Below are positions 29,423-36,102 of a DNA stretch of 44,728 nucleotides, piece after piece. The position numbers were made by a program, and so were the translations under genes. This DNA comes from Candidatus Dojkabacteria bacterium (GTDB taxonomy: Bacteria > Patescibacteriota > Dojkabacteria > J137), in NCBI GenBank assembly GCA_025993875.1, contig JAMQHH010000028.1:1-44728 (forward strand), read 5' to 3'. The notes below the pieces were generated by a model. It was not told where the DNA came from. It did not search any database and saw nothing but the letters and a program-made list of their open reading frames with translations. Each line of letters begins with the position of its first letter. Within the stretch, counting starts at the first letter, position 1.

Positions 29423-29827
29423 ATGGAAACGATGCAGTTCGGATATCATCTTATGGTTGACATATACAATGCTAGTTCAGAGATTCTTTCTTCTATGGAG
29501 AGGTTATATGATTTGCTGGTTGAGTTGCCTAAAATAGTCAGTATGAATGTGCTAATCCCACCACTTTTAGTTAGGGCAGAAAGCAATGAAAAAAGGGGAG
29601 GCAAGGATCCTGGAGGAATAACGGGATTTACACTTATAGCAGAGTCTCATATCAGCTTACACTCCTTCCCTAAAAGAAGATTTTGCAGTATGGATATTTA
29701 TTCTTGCAAAGAATTTAACAAAGATATAGCTATTAGGTACATTTGCAGTTGCCTTGAGACAGAAGATATTGAAATAAACTTTACCAGCCGCGGAAATAGG
29801 TACCCAGCAAGCAATCTTGTTAAATAA
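29423..29827 (+). CDS. speD: Pyruvoyl-dependent decarboxylase proenzyme, AdoMetDC (SpeD/SpeH) family
   Basis: GYHLMVD, GITG..LIAESHISLHSFP (ES autocleavage site), DIYSC. Confidence 0.85.
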   Translation: METMQFGYHLMVDIYNASSEILSSMERLYDLLVELPKIVSMNVLIPPLLVRAESNEKRGGKDPGGITGFTLIAESHISLHSFPKRRFCSMDIYSCKEFNKDIAIRYICSCLETEDIEINFTSRGNRYPASNLVK

Positions 29828-30898
29828 TTAAGACGGCTGTTGGTGTAAAATACAATGGATATTTCCCCCGCCAATCAGTATTTCTTTTGAATAGATTCCG
29901 ATTACTTTATAGCCTTGCATTATCTCTTCAAGCTGTTTGATTGCTATATTATCAAATTTATCATTAAAAGTTGGGACAATTACAAATTTATTGCCAATAT
30001 ATAAATTAACATACGATGCTGGCAGACGTTGTTTATATTTTCTTTCTAAAGTGCCGGAAACCTTTTTTATTCCGTTTGCTTCTTTAGCTGTGATAAAGAT
30101 TGGATCGGGTTGATGCAATTTATGGATCTTTAGTTTTTTCCCTTTTGCATCTACTGCATTGCTTAGAATGTTATAGGCAGAAAGTGAGACTTGATATTGA
30201 GGATCTTCCTTATCTTCGGTCCAATTGATTATAACCTCCCCATTTTTTATGAACTGACATATGTTATCTACATGACCTAATGTTTCATCGAATCTTAATC
30301 CTAACTCCAGCCAAATAATTTGACTTACACCTAGGGCTTTTTTTAAAATTTCTTCTGCTTTCTCGATAGTTAGCTCTGGATTTCTTCTTGCATCCAAAAC
30401 GCTTTCCTTTGTAGTAATAAGTGTCCCATCTCCATCTGTAGTTACGGCTCCTCCCTCAAGAATAATTTCATACTTTTTTACAGGAATCTTTTGAGAACAA
30501 GCTATGGCGTAACCTAGGCTGTTATCATCACTCCAATCTTTATAGCATTCTTCGCCCCATGCGTTAAAATCCCACTTTACACATTGTAACTCTCCGTTAA
30601 CTTTTATATACTCTGGGCTTGTATCTCTAATCCAAATATCATTATATCTTAAAGGAATAATTTCAATATTTTCTTGACCAGCAAAAATTTTTGTAACTTT
30701 TGTGAGACTCTCTGTATCAACGCCCAAATAAACTTTCTCGAATTTAGAAATGATTCTAATAATATTAACTATTGTAGATTGGATAGGCACTGCATTATTA
30801 CGCCACACATCTGCCCTTGTAGGCCAGAGTACCCATGTTGCAGCATGGTCAAAAAATTCTGCTAAAAATTGTTTGTTTTGTTTTATTTTAATCCCCAA
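29828..30898 (-). CDS. aguA: Agmatine deiminase
   Basis: AEF..HAATWVLWP, NDIWIRD, FNAWG, LEGG...DGDGT, RRNP, TLGHVDN, PASYVN, GGGNIHCILHQQP. No ATG; TTG 30898 preferred over TTG 30928. Confidence 0.92.
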   Translation of the reverse strand: MGIKIKQNKQFLAEFFDHAATWVLWPTRADVWRNNAVPIQSTIVNIIRIISKFEKVYLGVDTESLTKVTKIFAGQENIEIIPLRYNDIWIRDTSPEYIKVNGELQCVKWDFNAWGEECYKDWSDDNSLGYAIACSQKIPVKKYEIILEGGAVTTDGDGTLITTKESVLDARRNPELTIEKAEEILKKALGVSQIIWLELGLRFDETLGHVDNICQFIKNGEVIINWTEDKEDPQYQVSLSAYNILSNAVDAKGKKLKIHKLHQPDPIFITAKEANGIKKVSGTLERKYKQRLPASYVNLYIGNKFVIVPTFNDKFDNIAIKQLEEIMQGYKVIGIYSKEILIGGGNIHCILHQQPS

Positions 30899-31029
30899 TA
30901 TTAGGCAACTATTATATAGAAATCCCAAGTATTATACCAGCATCTTGCCATACCCAAAAGCAACCCGTACCGGATGATTATCAAGTGCATTTAATGTTTC
31001 ACATAGTAAGTAGCCCGAATATTGGGAAT
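30891..31029 (-). repeat. Long imperfect inverted repeat / rod-like RNA structure
   Basis: Minus-strand ATTCCCAATATTCGGGCTACT pairs with AGTTGCCTAATATTGGGGAT, extending via TATGT-GAAA/TTTC-T-ATATA; G-U pairs favour the minus strand. Confidence 0.6.
30931..30939 (-). promoter_or_regulatory. Extended -10 element upstream of aguA
   Basis: TGGTATAAT on the minus strand, 32 nt before TTG 30898. Confidence 0.5.
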
Positions 31030-31089
31030 GTAATTGCGTTATCTCATAAGATAAAATCGAAAATAATTTGCGATTAAGATTGATATTTA

Positions 31090-31875
31090 TTATCCAATGA
31101 GATTCCACATTGCTTTGTGAAGCGCCTTAAAGCTAAGGGAAATATGCTTTGATTTTATTAAAGTTGCTATTAAATTTTCTGGATCAAGTTGAACAATGGC
31201 AAGATAATCATCAAATATTATATAGTCTGAAAACATAAACATATCACTCTCATCTTGAATTTTAAGAAATTTTGTATGATATTTAGGCTCGTTGATCTTT
31301 GACACAATTTCCCTAGATACTTTCGAGTCAATTATTATATCCCAAGCTTCCCTTTTAGGGTTGGAATGAAAAGAGTTGGTCCAAGTCTCGACAGAATTTG
31401 GGAATACTTTGTAGTATTTTTCAAGATCGGCAAATGAAAAATATTTCTCACTCTTAAAGCTTAAATCATATAAGTACTTTATCTCCTGTATCCCTTTATA
31501 ATACTTAACCTCAACCTCTGTATTCTCCCTCACCTTTGGAACAATGCTGTAGATTGTTTTTACAATATCAGGCATATTTTCCTCCAGCTTTTTAATATCC
31601 CACTTTTTCTGCTCCATTAAGAACTTAAGCTTTTCGGGATCTTCCGCAACAATCATCCTTCTTTCCCCATAGTTTGTTTGGCTTATAAGTCCTTTTTTTA
31701 TTAATTCCTCGACAGTATTATGAGTGGTAGATCTTTTTATACCTGTTTCCCGAGAAAGGTTCATTATAGTGTTTGGACCACTTTTTAAAAGGGTTAGGTA
31801 ACAGGTTGCTTCTTTATCTGTTAGTCCAAAATCCAGCAGATAATTTCTAATAGGCTTATCTCCTTTACTACTCAT
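31090..31875 (-). CDS. TrmB family transcriptional regulator
   Basis: FGLTDKEATCYLTLL..GP...LSRETGIKRSTTH...LIKKGL winged HTH, AEDPEKL, coiled coil, VKYYKG C-terminal domain. Confidence 0.88.
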   Translation of the reverse strand: MSSKGDKPIRNYLLDFGLTDKEATCYLTLLKSGPNTIMNLSRETGIKRSTTHNTVEELIKKGLISQTNYGERRMIVAEDPEKLKFLMEQKKWDIKKLEENMPDIVKTIYSIVPKVRENTEVEVKYYKGIQEIKYLYDLSFKSEKYFSFADLEKYYKVFPNSVETWTNSFHSNPKREAWDIIIDSKVSREIVSKINEPKYHTKFLKIQDESDMFMFSDYIIFDDYLAIVQLDPENLIATLIKSKHISLSFKALHKAMWNLIG

Positions 31876-31899
31876 AAAACTGATTAAAAAAATAAAAAT

Positions 31900-31915
31900 G
31901 TCAAAAATTGTTGAC
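31900..31915. promoter_or_regulatory. Palindromic operator candidate
   Basis: GTCAAAAATTGTTGAC (7 of 8 pairs symmetric) between the trmB promoter and its ATG. Confidence 0.5.
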
Positions 31916-31924
31916 TTCCCGACG

Positions 31925-31953
31925 ATTATATACCAATTTCCCTTATCTGTAAA
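31925..31953 (-). promoter_or_regulatory. Sigma70-type promoter of trmB
   Basis: TTTACA-N17-TATAAT on the minus strand. Confidence 0.65.
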
Positions 31954-31982
31954 GGAGAAAAAAGTTCCAGTATTTTGTCAGT

Positions 31983-32054
31983 TGGACCCAGCCGGAGTCG
32001 AACCGGCCTCTTACGAATGCGAATCGTATGCTCTACCAAATAAGCTATAGGCCC
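31983..32054 (-). tRNA. tRNA-Ala(CGC), CCA not encoded
   Basis: GGGCCTA/TGGGTCC acceptor stem with G3:U70, D-arm GCTT/GAGC, anticodon arm TACGA-TTCGCAT-TCGTA, T-arm GCCGG-TTCGACT-CCGGC, discriminator A. Confidence 0.95.
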
Positions 32055-32075
32055 TTTTTACCATTGCAAAAAGCT

Positions 32076-33170
32076 TTACAAATTTAAATCTTTAAAAAGC
32101 TTTATATATTTTTCCGAAATGCGCTGCCAATTATAATCTATTATAGCTTCGTTTGGAAACGCCGTTAAAGGGGGGTTTTCAACTACATTTAGCATTGCAT
32201 CTGTAATATCGTTTGGCTCTAGGCTTTTACTAAAAACGAAGTTAGGTAAGTTAAGTTCTAAAAAAACAGGAATTTTTGATAAAATAATAGGACGCTTTAA
32301 GCTATAGGCTTCAATTGCAGGAAGTCCAAACCCCTCAAAATTACTGCACATAACTATGGCAGAGGCATTTTGATAGAAGGCCTTTAACTCTTTATCTTCA
32401 ATATACCCTAAAAACCTTACCCTGTTAGCGATATCCATTTCCTTTACAGTTTTAAAAATATTGTTAAACAACCATCCCCGTTTTCCGATTATTATGTAAT
32501 TAAAATCGGGGAAATCTTTAAGAAATTTTGCAAAGGCACGTATGGTCGCCTCGTAATTTTTACGGGGCTCTACCGTTCCTACCGATAAAAAATATTTGCC
32601 GCTAATTTTATATTTCTTTTTTACTTCCTTCCAATCGGCTCCTTCTTTATAAACCCAGCTGTTTAACCCGTTGTAAAAGTTAAATACCTTTTCTTCTTTA
32701 CACTTTAGTAACCGAATTATCTCTTTTCGGCTGGTTTCGGATACTGTAATTATTGCCTTAGAAAACCTAACAGCCAAAAACGATAAAATTTTAAAAAGCA
32801 TTCTCGATTTAAAGGTAAAAAATTCCGGGTGGGTAATAGGTGTAAGATCGTGAATTACCTGCAATGTTTTTGGAAATAATACAGAAAAAATTAGGTTGGA
32901 AGGAGAAATTAAAAAATTAACTTTATGTTTTCGAGCCCATAAAGCAGATCTTGTAATCCATAGTAAACCTGGTTTTTTGGATTTTATCTCTATAACCTCA
33001 ACGTTTTCTGGAAAATTAAATTCAACTAAGGTATCCTTATTATGGGTGAATAAAAAATACCTGTTCTCCAAGTCACACGCTGGCAAATTTTGGCATAATT
33101 CAAATGCATAATAACCAATACCGGCCCGTGTTAAACTTAACGGTGTGGAGTCTATTGCAATTTTGCCCAT
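32076..33170 (-). CDS. GT4 glycosyltransferase (MtfB/WbpY-like)
   Basis: AGIGYY, IHDL, VSETS, VGTVEPRKN, EGFGLPAIEA. Confidence 0.9.
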   Translation of the reverse strand: MGKIAIDSTPLSLTRAGIGYYAFELCQNLPACDLENRYFLFTHNKDTLVEFNFPENVEVIEIKSKKPGLLWITRSALWARKHKVNFLISPSNLIFSVLFPKTLQVIHDLTPITHPEFFTFKSRMLFKILSFLAVRFSKAIITVSETSRKEIIRLLKCKEEKVFNFYNGLNSWVYKEGADWKEVKKKYKISGKYFLSVGTVEPRKNYEATIRAFAKFLKDFPDFNYIIIGKRGWLFNNIFKTVKEMDIANRVRFLGYIEDKELKAFYQNASAIVMCSNFEGFGLPAIEAYSLKRPIILSKIPVFLELNLPNFVFSKSLEPNDITDAMLNVVENPPLTAFPNEAIIDYNWQRISEKYIKLFKDLNL

Positions 33171-33240
33171 AGTAAAGGGAAAAAATAGTATTCATTATGT
33201 TAACATTTTATCACTTTAAAATATTTAAATTTATAATTTG

Positions 33241-34344
33241 ATGCTTAAGAAAATAGTTTTAAAAAATTATCGAAATATTTCAAACTTAGAGATAGAAGTA
33301 GGGGAAACAGGAAATCTGATTATTGGAGATAACGGAATTGGAAAAACAAATTTTGCCGAATCTATTTTTTATTCTGTTTACGGAAAACCATTTAGAACAT
33401 CGGGGTCAATCGACGATTTTATCGGCCCTGAATATAACTTCTCCAGCGTATTAACAAAGTGGGGTAACGGAGAGATATTGGAGGTAAGCACCCAGAGATC
33501 TATGGAAAAAAAGATTACGAGGAATTTTAAGCTTAATGCCAAAAAGGTATCCACTAAATTGCTGCCAAACAAGTTTCCAGTACTGGTTTTTGCTCCAAAC
33601 ACTGTTGATATTATTAATGGAGAACCAGTTTTGAGAAGAGACGAACTTGATAACTTTCTTGCTATAATATTTTCAGAATACAGGGAGGAACTCGATCGAT
33701 ATAAAAATCTCCTTAAAAATAAAAATGCTACACTTAAAATGCTATCCGAAGGCAAAGGTGGAATTGATACCCTAGAATTTTGGAATAAAGGGCTTGCAAA
33801 ATCAGGCAATTATTTAAATAGTAAAAGAAGGTGGCTTTTAGCATACTTTAATTCAATTCTGGAAAGCACTCAAAAGAGTACAGGCTTTTATAACTTTAAA
33901 GAGAAGGAAAGGGAGCTGTTAATTGTTTTTAATCCAAGCATACAGGCTATAGAGGAAAACTATGAGGCGACATTTTTTAAAAAGCTTCAGGATAATATGC
34001 AAAAAGAGATAATAGTGGGCAAATCTCTTTATGGACCGCAAAAAGATGATTTCAGCATACTTTTGGATGGTAAGGAGTTAAGATTTTTTGGCTCGCGAGG
34101 TCAGCAAAGGATTGCCGCCTTGCTTTTAAAAATTGCACAGTACCAAATTGTTAAAAAAGAGCTTGGTGTGTCGCCGGTTTTAATTTTAGACGATATTATG
34201 TCGGAACTGGACTTCGGAAACAGAACTAAAACAGGGCAATTTTTACTTACGGAGAAAATGCAATTTTTTATTACCAGTGCAGATAAAAACGAGATTCCCA
34301 CAAATATTTTACAAAATTCTATAAACCTACCTGCTTTCCTTTAG
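33241..34344 (+). CDS. recF: DNA replication/repair protein RecF
   Basis: NYRN, GDNGIGKTN, GEP..RR, GPQKDD, GSRGQQR, LDDIMSELD. Start TTG 33238 or ATG 33241. Confidence 0.93.
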   Translation: MLKKIVLKNYRNISNLEIEVGETGNLIIGDNGIGKTNFAESIFYSVYGKPFRTSGSIDDFIGPEYNFSSVLTKWGNGEILEVSTQRSMEKKITRNFKLNAKKVSTKLLPNKFPVLVFAPNTVDIINGEPVLRRDELDNFLAIIFSEYREELDRYKNLLKNKNATLKMLSEGKGGIDTLEFWNKGLAKSGNYLNSKRRWLLAYFNSILESTQKSTGFYNFKEKERELLIVFNPSIQAIEENYEATFFKKLQDNMQKEIIVGKSLYGPQKDDFSILLDGKELRFFGSRGQQRIAALLLKIAQYQIVKKELGVSPVLILDDIMSELDFGNRTKTGQFLLTEKMQFFITSADKNEIPTNILQNSINLPAFL

Positions 34345-34689
34345 AAGATATTCCAAATCGCTTATACTGTTAATCTTTTCTAACGCAATCATAACATCTA
34401 AAATCTCCTCTTCTGCAATTTTGGGGCTGTTGGAGAATTTACTAATTTCATTTGGAAGTATATCGGAGATTACCGAGGCTCTTTTAGCATTTACACCTCC
34501 ATCGGGCATAATATTTACCTGCATTAGGCTAATATTTCCGCAATTGCTGCACATTACACGACACATAAACCTGTCTGGATCTTTGTTTACTATTTCAAGA
34601 TCGTGTTTAGAATGCTTTGCCCCACATCTATCACAGAAGTTTGGGATAAAGTTTGGTATATTTTGTAGTAATTGATTAAATCCGTCCAT
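34327..34689 (-). CDS. Small zinc-ribbon protein of unknown function
   Basis: CDRC...CSNC pair, acidic C-terminal helix (IAEEEILDV). Confidence 0.7.
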   Translation of the reverse strand: MDGFNQLLQNIPNFIPNFCDRCGAKHSKHDLEIVNKDPDRFMCRVMCSNCGNISLMQVNIMPDGGVNAKRASVISDILPNEISKFSNSPKIAEEEILDVMIALEKINSISDLEYLLKESR

Positions 34690-34731
34690 ATTAGCAACTA
34701 AATTCTACCACTGCTAAGCGTTTTTTTCAAT

Positions 34732-35100
34732 TCAACCTAGATTTATAAATTCAAAATGTTCAATTACTAAAGGGATTTTGTAAATTATACCCACAAAATC
34801 AACCCTCCATGGCTCTAACAATTTTCCATTGGATACAAGCCATTTATTGATAGTTCTTTTTAAGCTTACCTTTTTTTGATGTGATAGAGATGAATAGATA
34901 TTAAAAGGAGAATTGGGCCTTTGGCTTTTTACCTCTACAAAAACAATAAAATCGTCGGGAGATTTTAAAATTAAATCGATCTCTCCCCCTTTTTGAGTAA
35001 AGTTTCTTTCAAGCTCTAAAAAGCCTTTCTTCAACAAAAAAGATAAAGCTATACTCTCTGCGTTAGTCCCTTTTTGCCTGGTAGATATAATTTTATCCAG
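34732..35100 (-). CDS. yraN: YraN (UPF0102) family PD-(D/E)xK endonuclease-like protein
   Basis: RQKGTNAESIALSFLLKKGF..LERNF...GGEIDLI...VFVEVKS...RVDFVGI. The conserved N-terminus requires a start at CTG 35100 (or ATT/ATA). Confidence 0.85.
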   Translation of the reverse strand: MDKIISTRQKGTNAESIALSFLLKKGFLELERNFTQKGGEIDLILKSPDDFIVFVEVKSQRPNSPFNIYSSLSHQKKVSLKRTINKWLVSNGKLLEPWRVDFVGIIYKIPLVIEHFEFINLG

Positions 35101-35126
35101 CTATGTTTTTTAATAATAAAGGGGCT

Positions 35127-35594
35127 TTATGCAAACTGGCTAAATGCTTTATTAGCCTCTGCCATTTTGTGAACATCTTCCTTTTTCTTAATTGCCGAAC
35201 CTTCCTTTTTGTAGGCATTGATAATTTCTCTGGAAAGGCTTTCGTAAAACTCAATATTTTTTCTGGAACCTCGTGCTGCCTCTAAAATCCACTTACATGC
35301 AAGGGTAAATTGCCTGTTACCATTTACAGGTACTGGTACCTGAAAATTAGCACCACCTACTCTTTTTGATCTAATCTCCAATTTGGGCTTAATATTTTCC
35401 AAAGCCTTTTCAAAAACTTCGATTCCAGCAACTTTTGTTTTGCGCGAAACATCTTCGAGCATTTTATAAACTATATTTTCTGCTACGGATTTTTTGCCAT
35501 CCTTCATTACATAATTAATGAATTTTGCAAGATCTTCACTTCCGAAAACAGCATCCGGCTTGATTTTTCTTCGTACTGCCTGTTTACCTCTCAT
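35127..35594 (-). CDS. rpsG: 30S ribosomal protein uS7
   Basis: FINYVMKDGKKSVAE, RVGGANFQVP, HKMAEANKAF. Confidence 0.97.
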   Translation of the reverse strand: MRGKQAVRRKIKPDAVFGSEDLAKFINYVMKDGKKSVAENIVYKMLEDVSRKTKVAGIEVFEKALENIKPKLEIRSKRVGGANFQVPVPVNGNRQFTLACKWILEAARGSRKNIEFYESLSREIINAYKKEGSAIKKKEDVHKMAEANKAFSQFA

Positions 35595-35622
35595 ATTATT
35601 TTATATATAAATCCTAATTAAA

Positions 35623-36081
35623 CTATTTTTTTGCGCCTTCCTTTGGCTTTTTTCTGCCATACCTGCTTCTTGCTTGTCTTCTATTGTCTACCGCTGCAGA
35701 ATCAAAAACCCCTCTGACAACCTGGTATTTTACTCCAGGAAGATCTGGCTTTCTACCAGCTCTAATTAAAACTACAGAGTGCTCCTGAAGGTTATGTCCT
35801 TCGCCTGGAATGTACGCAGTTACAATCTGCTTGTTCGATAAAGAAACTCTAGCAATTTTACGTAAAGCTGAGTTAGGTTTTTTAGGTGTCATAGTTTTAA
35901 CCGCAACACAAACTCCCCTTTTATACGGGTTTTCTGCTTTGTAAAACTTGTTTTTTATACTATTGTAATTAAAGTGTAATGCTTTAAATTTTGTACTTTC
36001 CGAAAAGATTAGCCCCTTAAATCGGGTATTTCCGACTTTAGGTTTTCTTCCTTTTCGTACTAATTGAGAAACTCTTGCCAC
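35623..36081 (-). CDS. rpsL: 30S ribosomal protein uS12
   Basis: [40 protein letters not shown]; GTG start. Confidence 0.97.
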   Translation of the reverse strand: MARVSQLVRKGRKPKVGNTRFKGLIFSESTKFKALHFNYNSIKNKFYKAENPYKRGVCVAVKTMTPKKPNSALRKIARVSLSNKQIVTAYIPGEGHNLQEHSVVLIRAGRKPDLPGVKYQVVRGVFDSAAVDNRRQARSRYGRKKPKEGAKK

Positions 36082-36102
36082 AATATAATGTATTAAAAAA
36101 TA

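Noticed and set aside
29354-31982. speD-aguA-trmB as an island integrated at tRNA-Ala
   Set aside because: No duplicated tRNA 3' end and no integrase seen.
34327-34689. Zinc-ribbon ORF as the Trm112 activator of the Trm9-like enzyme
   Set aside because: Lacks the Trm112 pattern (L.CP...Y.I..GIP.L) and is not adjacent; kept as an unknown zinc-ribbon protein.
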